DNA from: a virus | IMG/VR virus record: IMGVR_UViG_3300020058_000046 | Length of the DNA stretch: 45,534 nt | Direction: 5' to 3' (one strand) | Part shown: positions 18,527 through 26,842 of the stretch, in pieces | Position numbering within the stretch: position 1 is the first letter of the stretch | How the letters are laid out: every line of letters begins with the position of its first letter | Made by a program: the position numbers and the translations under genes | The notes under the pieces: model-generated | The model's input: only the letters and a program-made list of their open reading frames with translations | Database searches by the model: none | What the model was told of the DNA's origin: nothing

Positions 18527-19094
18527 GGTCTTGTGATTCGTCTTCGGTCGGTTCGACACCTGAAAACAGTACCACCGTGACAGTCGTGTCGGCGGTGATT
18601 CCGTCGGTGTCGTACAAGTCACGCAGGGTTTCGACAAGGTCGTCAGTCTGCCCGGTTTCCCAATCGCCGATACTGAATTCGCACACCCGACGAACGGGTA
18701 TGTCGATATAGGCTTCGACCGTCGCAGTTGCGAAGGTATCGCCGTCAGGGTCGACAAGGTCGAATCCTTGTCCGGGCACGAATTCGCGTTGTAAACCGTA
18801 CCGTATCGTCGTCGTCTTGTCGCCCGACAGTATCGGGTCGATGTACTGCGTATCGAATCGAAGGTACTGATTCGTCGCGTACCGTATGATGTCGGCGACA
18901 TCTTCGAAACCGTGCGTCGCGTGGTACGACAGGGACAAGTCGAACCGTGCCGCGTCGTCGGCGTCGACGCATTGCCCGGTTTCGGCGTCGGTGACGTGTA
19001 CCTGCCCGGATTCGATACCGTCGGCAAGCCGTCGCAACCCTGCCGCAAGTTCGTCGGTGTCGACATCGACACCTTGTATTATCCGTCGTTTCAT
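18519..19094 (-). CDS. ASCH (PUA-like) domain protein, 191 aa
   Basis: The C-terminal half carries ILSGDKTTTIR...ATVEAY...VVLF, typical of the ASCH fold. ATG at 19094. Confidence 0.6.
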   Translation of the reverse strand: MKRRIIQGVDVDTDELAAGLRRLADGIESGQVHVTDAETGQCVDADDAARFDLSLSYHATHGFEDVADIIRYATNQYLRFDTQYIDPILSGDKTTTIRYGLQREFVPGQGFDLVDPDGDTFATATVEAYIDIPVRRVCEFSIGDWETGQTDDLVETLRDLYDTDGITADTTVTVVLFSGVEPTEDESQDHV

Positions 19095-19160
19095 GGTCGT
19101 GTGTCGCCCGCCGGCGACGGTGGTACTTCGGCAGGGGTTGGTAAAAACGCGTCGGTGGTT
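19095..19160 (-). promoter_or_regulatory. Promoter-like box
   Basis: Minus strand has CCGACGCG-TTTTTAC about 48 nt before the ATG, with GGCGACACACGACC immediately before the ATG. Confidence 0.45.
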
Positions 19161-19206
19161 GGTCGAACGGTGAAAGAATTAGAAGTCGCAGTCGGCTTCG
19201 TCGGCG

Positions 19207-19842
19207 TCAGGGTGCGAAGTCGGTGACCGTCACGATTCGCCGTCGCGGGTTTCGGTTGCGCGTGAACCGTTCGTCGTGTTTCTTGTGGTGGTCGTACCTG
19301 TCGGGCACGTATTGGTCGATGAATCGGAACGCACCTTGTTTCGTCTGAAAGACGACTTCGACCGTGCCGTTGTTCACGTCGAAGTCGGCGTACGACACCG
19401 TGTCGACGTATGCGTTGTTGTCGGCACGCATATCGTCGATACAGTCACCCGCAACGGCGTCGACCACAATGACACCACGCAGGTAATCGACGATGTCGAC
19501 GACTGCACGGTTCGACAGGCACGCGTCGACGAACGCCGGCATACCCATGATATGCACGACGATATCAAGGTCGTCGGATATGGTCGACACGACACGACCG
19601 ATTTTGATTCCGTCGGTCGTCAGACAGTCGTTGTCGGTCACCCACCCGTGTTCGACCAACCGTGCCTTGCGGTCGGTGTCGACGGTTCCGGCTTCGCCGT
19701 CGACGTACCGGGCGACTGCCCGCAAGTCCTTGCGCGTTCGGTTCGTGCCCGCGTCGTCGTCGGCAAGTGCCTGCACCGCGTCGGCAAGGCTTAACGTCTG
19801 TTCGTCGGTTCGGTCGTCGTCGGCGTCGGTGTGTCGCACCAT
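19207..19842 (-). CDS. MVRH-cassette gene of unknown function, 211 aa
   Basis: ATG at 19842. The first ~30 aa (MVRHTDADDDRTDEQT..DAVQAL.DDD) are shared with 29017..29232; the rest is unrelated. Confidence 0.75.
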   Translation of the reverse strand: MVRHTDADDDRTDEQTLSLADAVQALADDDAGTNRTRKDLRAVARYVDGEAGTVDTDRKARLVEHGWVTDNDCLTTDGIKIGRVVSTISDDLDIVVHIMGMPAFVDACLSNRAVVDIVDYLRGVIVVDAVAGDCIDDMRADNNAYVDTVSYADFDVNNGTVEVVFQTKQGAFRFIDQYVPDRYDHHKKHDERFTRNRNPRRRIVTVTDFAP

Positions 19843-19900
19843 TGCAGTCGTCACTAATAGACGGGTGTATAAATATGTGTCGTCTTGCACCGCCAGTATG
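19843..19900 (-). promoter_or_regulatory. Conserved promoter cassette, sub-type I
   Basis: Minus strand reads GGTGCAAGACGACAC-ATATTTATACAC-CCGTCTATTAGTGACGACTGCA-ATG. Confidence 0.75.
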
Positions 19901-20098
19901 CGGGCGACAGATATATTAACACGGCACCCTTAGTACACCTGTCGGCGGGCGACGCCGACCGTACACGTCAGGAAACCCCTGCGCGTGTTCGCAAGTACGA
20001 CCGACCCATGACGGCACCAATCTGTGCCCGTGACACGGCACACGACCACGGTGTATCGTTCACAACCGACGCCGGTGCGTTCCGGGCAGGTGATTCCG

Positions 20099-20554
20099 AT
20101 GTCTGACGCCGATGTCGCGGCAGACATCGACTTCGTCGACACCGTGCCGACGCGCATTATGTCGACGACCGGCACCGTCACGAAGGAAACACCGCGTGAC
20201 ACGGCAGGCTTCGCGGTCAATATCCTGCCCGAAGGGGCACCCGCCGGCTTCGTCGAAGCCGTCGTCGATTGGTTCGACACGCGTGTCGACCCTGACGACT
20301 TCGACGACCGTACACCCGTCGGCGTTGTCGTCGTCGACGCCGACGACCCGTCGACGGTAATGCCGGTGTGCCTGTACGACACCGTCGCCGTCGACTTGCC
20401 GGCAGACTTCGAACAGGATACCGCAGCCGGCACCGTCGCAATCGTGTCGCGTTCCGGCAGTCTTCGATTGCGTGGTATCGGTGCAGTCGATGTCGAACCG
20501 ACCGACGTGTTAGAAGTTACCGACCGGCACTTCGACGCAATCGCCGGCGACTGA
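20099..20554 (+). CDS. Acidic protein of unknown function, 151 aa, plus strand
   Basis: ATG at 20099 (MSDADVAADIDF...). Codon usage (GAC/GAA/GTC) matches the rest of the genome. Converges on the terminase stop. The ORF-track start at 20024 is an upstream alternative. Confidence 0.65.
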   Translation: MSDADVAADIDFVDTVPTRIMSTTGTVTKETPRDTAGFAVNILPEGAPAGFVEAVVDWFDTRVDPDDFDDRTPVGVVVVDADDPSTVMPVCLYDTVAVDLPADFEQDTAAGTVAIVSRSGSLRLRGIGAVDVEPTDVLEVTDRHFDAIAGD

Positions 20555-20567
20555 CGACCCGACGGTG

Positions 20568-22079
20568 TTACCGTTTCGACACCGTCGACCCTGACGACCC
20601 TGACGACGACCCACGCAACGAATCGGTATATATCGCATACCGTAAACTGTCGACCGCGTGGTCGTCGGCGTCTTTCGCACCGACATCGTCTTCGGTGTAC
20701 GACAGTAATTCACTTATCAGATTTTCACATTCGGTACTGACAAGTAACCCGTACCTGTCTTCGTGGTCGGCACGCAGTCGGTGTTTCACTTCGTCGATTC
20801 CCGCGTCGATGTCCTTTTCGGCTTTGCCTGCCGGATACCCTGACGGTGGGTCGTCGATATTCGTTAGTGCCGGCTTTCGGAACTTGCGGATATCGCCCGG
20901 TTCGTGTTCGCAATAGATTCGACCCGACGGCTTACTGCCGTCACCCAACCACCTGATTGCGTCGGCGACGTGCGTGCCCGATTCGTAAAATTCGTCGACA
21001 ACGACGTACTGCCCGTACGACGACCGGGCGATTTCAAGCAAGACACGCGGGTCGGACCAACCCGCGTCGTACCCGTATATCCGGTGCGTGCCGGATATCG
21101 TCACGCGGTCGGTTGGGTTTCCGTCGTCGTCGACTGACGTGTACCCGCCGTCGTCTGTCTGCACAAGGTCGACGACGTGTGCCTGCCGACTGAACGGAAA
21201 GACTTGCCCTTCGGCACTTTCGAACGCACCGTGTAATGCCTGTTGGGATTGTTTCGACTGCCCGTGCGTTCGACGTAATCGTGCCTTGTCGTCGGCAGTC
21301 AGAAACGGATTATTTAGTGACGACGCCGTTATCAGTTTCACCGATTGCCCGATTGGATTGCCGTACGCGTCGACCCGTCGTTCTAAGATGTCGTGTGCCG
21401 GATTCAAGCCGTTGCCTGTCGTCGTCACAAGCATAACCTTCGGTTTCCCGAAGTCGAACCGTTCGGTCACCGTCTTGCGAATGCCGTGTATCTTGTCCGT
21501 GTCGTAATGCGCGAATTCGTCACACCACGCGAAGGAAAACGACCCGCCGTCGTACCTGTCCGACTTGTCTGCCGACGCAAGTATCACCGTCGAATCCGTC
21601 GCCGTCGTCAGGATACCGTCTTGTTTCGACCACGACTTGATTACCGGCGAATTCGTCGGGTCACCGTCGTACAGAAACGGGTCGACCTTTTCGGCAGGGG
21701 CACCCGGCAGTTGTTCGAACAGTACCGGGTACGTCGTCTTTTTGGCTTCGGCGTACGTCTTGCCCATTGCTAACGACCGCGTCTGTCCGAACGAATCGTC
21801 TAACGCAACCTGCCATGTGGCACGGGCACCCGTCACCGACTTGCCTGAACGAAACCCGCCGACCAACCCGACGATGTCGTAATCGCCGGAATAGACTGCC
21901 CGGAACGCGTCGACTTGCGGTTTCCAAAATGCCCATTTGACCGACAGACTGCCACCGACCGACTGTTCGACGACGCCGTCGTGTCGCAACCTGTCGACTT
22001 CGTCGTCGGCAAGGTCGTCGACGCCGTCGGGAACGACCAACTGCGTGCCGTCAGGTGCCGATATTGTCGATACAGACAT
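20568..22079 (-). CDS. terL: Terminase large subunit, 503 aa
   Basis: Walker A-like VGGFRSGKS, Walker B-like FAWCDEF, and a C-terminal nuclease-type half (...DHAVDSLRYAIY). ATG at 22079. Confidence 0.9.
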   Translation of the reverse strand: MSVSTISAPDGTQLVVPDGVDDLADDEVDRLRHDGVVEQSVGGSLSVKWAFWKPQVDAFRAVYSGDYDIVGLVGGFRSGKSVTGARATWQVALDDSFGQTRSLAMGKTYAEAKKTTYPVLFEQLPGAPAEKVDPFLYDGDPTNSPVIKSWSKQDGILTTATDSTVILASADKSDRYDGGSFSFAWCDEFAHYDTDKIHGIRKTVTERFDFGKPKVMLVTTTGNGLNPAHDILERRVDAYGNPIGQSVKLITASSLNNPFLTADDKARLRRTHGQSKQSQQALHGAFESAEGQVFPFSRQAHVVDLVQTDDGGYTSVDDDGNPTDRVTISGTHRIYGYDAGWSDPRVLLEIARSSYGQYVVVDEFYESGTHVADAIRWLGDGSKPSGRIYCEHEPGDIRKFRKPALTNIDDPPSGYPAGKAEKDIDAGIDEVKHRLRADHEDRYGLLVSTECENLISELLSYTEDDVGAKDADDHAVDSLRYAIYTDSLRGSSSGSSGSTVSKR

Positions 22080-22081
22080 TG

Positions 22082-22462
22082 TTACACGTACACCGTTTCA
22101 CCTTCAAGTAGTTCACCGTCACCGTGCCGACTGACTGCCCGCAATCCGTTCACGTCGTACCTGTCGCACCAATCTTCGAAGTCGAAGTCGTCTGAATACG
22201 CGTCGGCGACTGCCGTTTCGAACGCGTCGATGTCGATGTCGCCGTCGACGTACCGTTCACGCGCGACTGCGACGGCAATGTTCCGGTCGTCGAAGCCTGA
22301 CGCCGACCCGCGTGACGCGTCGTCTGACGCCGTCTGTGCCCGTCTGTGTGCCGACTGCATGACTAACGCCGTTCCGTACGATACGACGAACGCAACTGCG
22401 ACGATACACACGACGCCGGCGACACCTGCGACGACCCACAGTACGATTGATATTCCCGACAT
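22082..22462 (-). CDS. Membrane-anchored protein with a SHOCT-like motif, 126 aa
   Basis: N-terminal TM helix ISIVLWVVAGVAGVVCIVAVAFVV, then ARERYVDGDIDIDAFETAV. Stops 2 nt before the terL ATG. Confidence 0.65.
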   Translation of the reverse strand: MSGISIVLWVVAGVAGVVCIVAVAFVVSYGTALVMQSAHRRAQTASDDASRGSASGFDDRNIAVAVARERYVDGDIDIDAFETAVADAYSDDFDFEDWCDRYDVNGLRAVSRHGDGELLEGETVYV

Positions 22463-22464
22463 CG

Positions 22465-22662
22465 TCAGTACGGCGTATCGACCAACTGCCCGGATTCGTC
22501 GCGGTCGTGCCGACGGTTCGGGTCGACCATGAACACGGAATCGGTCGAATGCCGTTTACCGCAATCGTCACACCGTACGACTGTTTCCGGGTCGTCGTCT
22601 TTCCTGTAATACGTGTTGAACGACCCGCAACGGGTGCAGTTAAGCCGCAATTCCTGAACCAT
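22465..22662 (-). CDS. Zinc-ribbon protein, 65 aa
   Basis: Contains CTRC...x17...CDDC. ATG at 22662. Confidence 0.65.
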   Translation of the reverse strand: MVQELRLNCTRCGSFNTYYRKDDDPETVVRCDDCGKRHSTDSVFMVDPNRRHDRDESGQLVDTPY

Positions 22663-22703
22663 GACCGACGTTTAATCTTCATACGGCAAGTGCCTGTCGG
22701 CAG

Positions 22704-23153
22704 TCACAACCCGGCAGACACCGCAACGTACACGACTTGCGTTGCGAACAGACTTGTTAGAAAATACCACGGTTTTTCTTTGATGTCGTGTGCCCCAATG
22801 CCGTGATTGCAGGGTGAATCAGGATTATACTGCCGTCGACGTGCGAAGACGAAGTCGCCGACCATGTACGCGACACCGACGACGGCACCCGGAAAGCCGA
22901 ACGCGACTGCGAACGCGACGAAGACGCCGACGCCGACACCTAACTGCAATGCGTGCAGTTTCACCCACGACAGATTACGCAACCACGGTAAATTAGGTCG
23001 AACGGGTCGGTGACGGGTTTCTGCAAGCCACCGGATACCCGCGACTTCGACGCCGTCGGCAGGGTCCGGGTGGTCGTACCCGTCGTCGTCACCGCCGGCA
23101 CAGTCGCCGTCAGTCGCGGCAGACACGTCGTCACCGCCGTCTTTCCGGTTCAA
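22704..23153 (-). CDS. Membrane protein, 149 aa
   Basis: TTG start in a TTGA overlap with the upstream stop. Acidic N-terminus followed by 2-3 hydrophobic helices (LQLGVGVGVFVAFAVAFGF..., WYFLTSLFATQVVYVAV). Confidence 0.55.
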   Translation of the reverse strand: MNRKDGGDDVSAATDGDCAGGDDDGYDHPDPADGVEVAGIRWLAETRHRPVRPNLPWLRNLSWVKLHALQLGVGVGVFVAFAVAFGFPGAVVGVAYMVGDFVFARRRQYNPDSPCNHGIGAHDIKEKPWYFLTSLFATQVVYVAVSAGL

Positions 23154-23542
23154 TTGTTACCACCGTCGTTCGAATCTGTCGCGTCTTGTACGTCGGTCGA
23201 TTCGATTTCATAGTTATCTGCAATGCGGGCGATTGCGGTGACCAACCCGCCGACGAACGATACGCCGATTATGTTTAGCACTTGTGCAAGGGTGAACAAC
23301 ACGAATAACCCTGCAAGGGCAAGTGCAGTATATTCAACAATCCACCCAATCGACACCGTCGCAGTCACCTGAATCGACGGGTCGATTATACCGAATGCGA
23401 CCGACCCGACGATTGCACCCAATATCGTCAGGAATAACGCCGTGACGTACACGTACGAATATTTCTTACTTCCCTGCACTTCGGGCACTTCGTCGACGGC
23501 TTCGTCGACCGCGTCAGGGTCCGGTGTATCCGGTGCAGACAT
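23150..23542 (-). CDS. Multi-pass membrane protein, 130 aa
   Basis: ATG at 23542 with a TTTAG box 26 nt upstream. 3-4 hydrophobic helices. G+C is locally lower. Confidence 0.7.
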   Translation of the reverse strand: MSAPDTPDPDAVDEAVDEVPEVQGSKKYSYVYVTALFLTILGAIVGSVAFGIIDPSIQVTATVSIGWIVEYTALALAGLFVLFTLAQVLNIIGVSFVGGLVTAIARIADNYEIESTDVQDATDSNDGGNN

Positions 23543-23580
23543 GGTCGACGAAAGGTGCCGTCGGCACTAAACCATTCGTA
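23543..23580 (-). promoter_or_regulatory. Promoter of the membrane-protein/terminase operon
   Basis: Minus strand has GGTTTAGTGCC, then about 26 nt, then ATG(23542). Confidence 0.5.
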
Positions 23581-23605
23581 CCGTGTCGGAAAGAAACCGT
23601 GTGAC

Positions 23606-23645
23606 GTGCCGTCTGTGCCCGTCTGTGCCCGTCTGTGCCCGTCAG
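23606..23645. repeat. 10-bp tandem repeat (GTGCCCGTCT) x ~3.5
   Basis: The sequence gtgccgtct gtgcccgtct gtgcccgtct gtgcccgtca lies immediately after the stop of 23642..23851. Confidence 0.9.
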
Positions 23646-23851
23646 TCGCGTTCGTCGCGTTCGTCGCGTCGAACTAAGCAACCGGAAAGACCGGAATTCG
23701 ACGCCGATTGCGGGTCACACACCCAATGCCCGGCACGACCGCATTCAGTACACCGATACTTACCTGTACCACCGCGAATCGTGATTCGTTCGTACACCGT
23801 TTCGACTTCGTGCCCGCATTCACAGACGAAGCCGACTTCGTCGTCGGTCAT
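23642..23851 (-). CDS. Zinc-ribbon protein, 69 aa
   Basis: Contains CECGH...x19...CTECG. The C-terminal RDERDERD is encoded by a 9-bp tandem repeat. Confidence 0.65.
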   Translation of the reverse strand: MTDDEVGFVCECGHEVETVYERITIRGGTGKYRCTECGRAGHWVCDPQSASNSGLSGCLVRRDERDERD

Positions 23852-23852
23852 G

Positions 23853-23987
23853 TTACCACCGACCCGACGCGACTTCGTTGCCCTTGTCGAATAGCACTTG
23901 CGCGACTTCGGCGTCGTCGGCGTCGGTGTCTTCGATTAGTTGTTCAAGTTCCGATTCGAAGTCGCCCGCCGGCGATTCCGTCGTCAT
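23853..23987 (-). CDS. Small acidic protein, 44 aa (MTTESPAGDFESELEQLIED...), below the ORF-track cutoff
   Basis: ATGA overlap with 23984..24346. Shares the MTTES start and about 37 nt of junction sequence with 28658..29020. TAA at 23853, 1 nt before the next ATG. Confidence 0.5.
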   Translation of the reverse strand: MTTESPAGDFESELEQLIEDTDADDAEVAQVLFDKGNEVASGRW

Positions 23988-24346
23988 TGCGAACCACCGT
24001 CGTCACGCGGGTCGGTCGGCAGTCGCACGTCGTCGGCGTCGATTCGCAGTCGCGTACCGCCGTTGTGTCTGTCTTCGACTGTCACCGGCGGGAAATACGC
24101 GTCGTACATACCGGCGACTGCCGCGTCGATGTCCGACGCCGACCACGATTCGGGCAATTCGACCACCGCGTCGCCGGCGATAGCAATGAATTCGTCGATG
24201 TCCTTGCCGTGTACGTTGCGGTCGAACCACCGTTGCGCGTGTGCAAGCCAATATCGGGCATGGTCACCCGCGTCGGTGTCTTCGCCGGCGGTTCCGAACC
24301 GTTCGTACCGACCTTGTCGTTCGTCGGTTGTGGTGTGTCGCACCAT
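23984..24346 (-). CDS. MVRH-cassette gene, 120 aa, ending in the DPRDDGGSQ linker
   Basis: ATG at 24346 behind the conserved promoter. The C-terminal ...DPRDDGGSQ* is identical to that of 29017..29232. Confidence 0.75.
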   Translation of the reverse strand: MVRHTTTDERQGRYERFGTAGEDTDAGDHARYWLAHAQRWFDRNVHGKDIDEFIAIAGDAVVELPESWSASDIDAAVAGMYDAYFPPVTVEDRHNGGTRLRIDADDVRLPTDPRDDGGSQ

Positions 24347-24400
24347 ACCCCTACTTGCATACCCGTGTATAAATATGTGTCGTCTTGCACCGGCAAAAGG
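24347..24400 (-). promoter_or_regulatory. Conserved promoter cassette, sub-type II
   Basis: Minus strand reads GGTGCAAGACGACAC-ATATTTATACAC-GGGTATGCAAGTAGGGGT-ATGGTGCGACACACC. The TATA is at 24368-24375. Confidence 0.8.
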
Positions 24401-24415
24401 GGAAACCCGACGCCG

Positions 24416-24649
24416 TCAGTCGACGATGTCCGACCGCTTTTCGTTTAGCAACGATATCAGTTGCTTTCGAACCTGTCTGTCTTCGTGGTCGGCAAGCCAC
24501 AATTCGGCTTCGATGTATTCAGTCACCCGTTCCGGTTTCCTGATTCCTTTGATTACTGCCCGTACGGTTGCGTCGTTCTTTTCGGCAAGTACGTACGCGG
24601 CTTCGGTCGGATATTCCGACTTCGATGTCTGTGCCTGTTTCCGTGTCAT
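24416..24649 (-). CDS. Small Lys/Glu-rich protein, 77 aa, unknown function
   Basis: ATG at 24649 (MTRKQAQTSK...), 2 nt after the upstream stop. The longer ORF-track form overlaps the upstream gene. Confidence 0.55.
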   Translation of the reverse strand: MTRKQAQTSKSEYPTEAAYVLAEKNDATVRAVIKGIRKPERVTEYIEAELWLADHEDRQVRKQLISLLNEKRSDIVD

Positions 24650-24651
24650 GG

Positions 24652-24828
24652 TCACCGTTTGGATACGAACGACCCGCCGTCGTACCTGTCTTCGTCTGTG
24701 TACGACCCACACACCGGGCATTCGTACATCGTCTTCGGACCACCGGGCGACGGCACTTCGGTTCGGTGCAAGCCGACGTGCCCGCAATCGACGCATTCGA
24801 CATCGTACGTATCGCCGGCGTCACTCAT
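24652..24828 (-). CDS. Zinc-ribbon protein, 58 aa
   Basis: ATG at 24828 inside the conserved GGTGGTTCGAATGAGTGA linker. Contains CVDCGH...x19...CPVCG. Confidence 0.65.
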   Translation of the reverse strand: MSDAGDTYDVECVDCGHVGLHRTEVPSPGGPKTMYECPVCGSYTDEDRYDGGSFVSKR

Positions 24829-25081
24829 TCGAACCACCCGACAGGAATTCCGACACGTCGTCAGGGTGTGGCAGTACCCTCTTGCCGTCGGTCGTCTGTA
24901 CCACGACGCCGGCGACTGTTTCGCCGTCGTGCCGACTGTCGTTGTGTTCGTGTATCACGTCGGCAGATTCCGACCAATCGACCACCTTGTGCGTACCGCA
25001 TTGCGGGCACGCAACAGGTACGTGGTCCGGTGTGTCGTCGGCGTCGGCGGTACTGTCGTCGGCAGGTGTGTCGCCGGTCAT
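24821..25081 (-). CDS. Small acidic Cys-containing protein, 86 aa, ending in the GGSNE linker
   Basis: ATG at 25081 with a TTTTAA box 28 nt upstream. Contains CPQCG. The C-terminal EFLSGGSNE* parallels ECLPGGSNE* of 28658..29020. Confidence 0.7.
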   Translation of the reverse strand: MTGDTPADDSTADADDTPDHVPVACPQCGTHKVVDWSESADVIHEHNDSRHDGETVAGVVVQTTDGKRVLPHPDDVSEFLSGGSNE

Positions 25082-25125
25082 GCCTGCCGGTGACGACGTA
25101 CGCGGTGGTTAAAACCGTGTCGGCG
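25082..25125 (-). promoter_or_regulatory. Promoter
   Basis: Minus strand has CCGACACGG-TTTTAAC, then about 27 nt, then ATG. GACTTTTCTGTTC (T-tract) lies just upstream, after the 25159 stop. Confidence 0.6.
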
Positions 25126-25158
25126 ACTGCCGGACAGGTGAACAGAAAAGTCGCGTCG

Positions 25159-25947
25159 TCAGTCGTCGATTCGACCGTCGTGGTCGACCGTCACGTCGAA
25201 GTCGGAATCGACCGTGCGTTCGACGCCGGCTTCGATTCGGTCTTGCACGGTGTCGACGCGGTCGTCGGTGACGCCGTCGACGGTCACCGTGAACGTGTGA
25301 CCGGCAGGGAATTCGACGCGTGCCGTCTTGCCGATTTCTTGATTCCGTCGACCCTGCGTTTCGACGGTGCGTTCGTGAACCGCCGTCACTTCGACGTGCC
25401 TGTCGCGTCGACTGTCGTACCCACGAATCCGGTCACCATTCCATTCGACCGATACGTCTTGCAGGGTCATGGTTTTCAGATTGCCCGAACGGTTCGAACG
25501 GTACTGCACCGTCACGTCGACGCCGTCTTGCACGGCACCGTCGACGGGTGCCCGCCGACCCATGACCACGCAGGTTAGGTCGACCGCGTCGGCGACTTGC
25601 CTGAATTCGTAATCGTCACCCTGCCGGTACAGATTGCCGGCGTCGGTGTACGCGTACTTCGTGCCGTCGACGTACCAACTGTAAACGCCGACGCCGTCGT
25701 CGGTGTCGACCTTGTCGGCGTCGCGGGTCGACTTCGTCGGCGTAACTGCCCGAACCGTCTTGCGCGTGTCGCGTCGGGTCGTGTACGTGAATTCGATTGC
25801 CTTGCGGTTGTGGTCACAGTCGACGACATCGTCAGACACGGTAAGACCCGTGAATCGGTCGTGAAATAGGTCGTCGGCTTCGATGTCGACCGTTCGTTCG
25901 TGGTATTCGTCGGCGATTCGGTCGTCGGTTGCGGTGTGTCGCACCAT
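25159..25947 (-). CDS. MVRH-cassette gene of unknown function, 262 aa
   Basis: ATG at 25947 (MVRHTATDDRIADEY...). The ORF-track N-terminal extension translates the promoter and the upstream repeat. Confidence 0.75.
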   Translation of the reverse strand: MVRHTATDDRIADEYHERTVDIEADDLFHDRFTGLTVSDDVVDCDHNRKAIEFTYTTRRDTRKTVRAVTPTKSTRDADKVDTDDGVGVYSWYVDGTKYAYTDAGNLYRQGDDYEFRQVADAVDLTCVVMGRRAPVDGAVQDGVDVTVQYRSNRSGNLKTMTLQDVSVEWNGDRIRGYDSRRDRHVEVTAVHERTVETQGRRNQEIGKTARVEFPAGHTFTVTVDGVTDDRVDTVQDRIEAGVERTVDSDFDVTVDHDGRIDD

Positions 25948-26002
25948 ACCCCTACTTGCATACCCGTGTATAAATACGTGTCGTCTTGCACCGGCGGGCA
26001 AG
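25948..26002 (-). promoter_or_regulatory. Conserved promoter cassette, sub-type II
   Basis: Minus strand reads GGTGCAAGACGACAC-GTATTTATACAC-GGGTATGCAAGTAGGGGT-ATG. Confidence 0.8.
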
Positions 26003-26074
26003 CCGGTGTCGACCGTGTCGTGTCGACGCAACTGCAAGGGTCGAAGTCGGCAAGAAGGGTCGGCAGGGTGGTCG
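26003..26074. repeat. ~72-bp intergenic repeat, copy 1 (paralog of 28156..28230)
   Basis: The string ggtgtcgaccgtgtcgtgtcgacg..actgcaagggtcga..cggcaagaagggtcggcagggtggtcgtc is shared. It follows a stop codon and precedes a promoter in both places. Confidence 0.85.
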
Positions 26075-26350
26075 TCAGACGCGTTCGATTCGCGGGTGAC
26101 CGTACACGTCGTCAGGGTCGACGACCGTGCCGTCGACGTACTGACGTGCATACCCGGCACAGTCGGCACCCGTGCCCGGTTCGTTCGGGTGACTGTCTAA
26201 CCACGACTGCGTGACGTGTATGACGGTTTCGTCGTGTGGCACGATATAGTGCATGAATACGTCGACTTCGATGTAATAGAAGCCGTGTGGGTGCCCCTGC
26301 ACCTGCCACCGGATTGTGAACGGGTCGGTGTCGATGTCGGCGTCAGTCAT
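26075..26350 (-). CDS. Small protein of unknown function, 91 aa
   Basis: ATG at 26350 in the GGTGGTTCGCAATGAC linker (MTDADIDTDPFTIRW...). Confidence 0.65.
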   Translation of the reverse strand: MTDADIDTDPFTIRWQVQGHPHGFYYIEVDVFMHYIVPHDETVIHVTQSWLDSHPNEPGTGADCAGYARQYVDGTVVDPDDVYGHPRIERV

Positions 26351-26799
26351 TGCGAACCACCGTCGGCGTCGTCGTCGTCGTCGTCGTCGCGTCGTTCGGG
26401 CACTTCGACGTACAGTCGAACGCAACCGGCACCGTCACGGAATCGAACCGTTCGGTCGGTCGATTCGTCGGCGTACCCGGCAAGCCTGACAAGTGACATC
26501 GGCGTCGCGTGTGGGTCGTCTTGCCCGAACGAATCGTATTCGACTTTCACTTCGTCGGCACGGTCGAAGTCTATCATAGACAACACGTCGAAGCCGACCG
26601 CGTCGGCACACAGTTTTGCGGCAAGACCGACCGGCGTTAGAACCTTCGACGATTCCGGGTCGTGGTCGTCGGCGTCGTATTCGGCTTCGACCGCGTCGAC
26701 GACCGCGTCGAACGCGTCAGACGACGGGTCGTCGGCGTACGCAGTCGCAGTCTGTTCCGGCGTCGGTTCGGCGTCGTCGGCGTCGGTGTGTCGCACCAT
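26347..26799 (-). CDS. MVRH-cassette gene, 150 aa, ending in the ...DGGSQ linker
   Basis: ATG at 26799 (MVRHTDADDAEPTPEQ...). The C-terminus is DDDDDDDADGGSQ*. Confidence 0.75.
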   Translation of the reverse strand: MVRHTDADDAEPTPEQTATAYADDPSSDAFDAVVDAVEAEYDADDHDPESSKVLTPVGLAAKLCADAVGFDVLSMIDFDRADEVKVEYDSFGQDDPHATPMSLVRLAGYADESTDRTVRFRDGAGCVRLYVEVPERRDDDDDDDADGGSQ

Positions 26800-26842
26800 A
26801 CCCGTACTTGCATACCCGTGTATAAGTATCTGTCGGTGGTTT
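26800..26842 (-). promoter_or_regulatory. Conserved promoter cassette, sub-type II, with the upstream half replaced by the long repeat
   Basis: Minus strand reads CCGACAGAT-ACTTATACAC-GGGTATGCAAGTACGGGT-ATG. Confidence 0.7.

Noticed and set aside
18527-19072. The upstream 182 codons of ORF 17957..19072.
   Set aside because: This Ser/Thr/Arg/Pro-rich frame fully overlaps the well-formed ASCH-domain gene 18519..19094. An ATG at 18526 in an ATGTCTGA overlap gives a typical acidic protein.
20008-20106. A 32-aa plus-strand ORF (MTAPICARDTAHDHGVSFTTDAGAFRAGDSDV) overlapping the start of 20099..20554 by ATGTCTGA.
   Set aside because: The overlap geometry and codon style are plausible. However, there is no promoter at the right distance and no recognisable motif, and it is too short to support from sequence alone.
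23606-23645. CRISPR-like array, or any CRISPR array elsewhere in the window.
   Set aside because: The repeat unit is only 10 bp with no spacers. No other regularly spaced 25-40 bp repeats with unique spacers, and no cas genes, were seen.
23940-25112. Long plus-strand ORFs antisense to the minus-strand genes, for example 23940..25112 (390 aa), 30002..31075 (357 aa), 10624..11559 (311 aa), 566..1555 (329 aa) and 43775..44668 (297 aa).
   Set aside because: They are Ser/Arg/Cys/Thr/Pro-rich mirror frames of Asp/Glu/Val-rich genes (GAC/GAA/GTC read backwards). They lack promoters and cut across several well-supported minus-strand genes, so their length reflects codon bias rather than coding.
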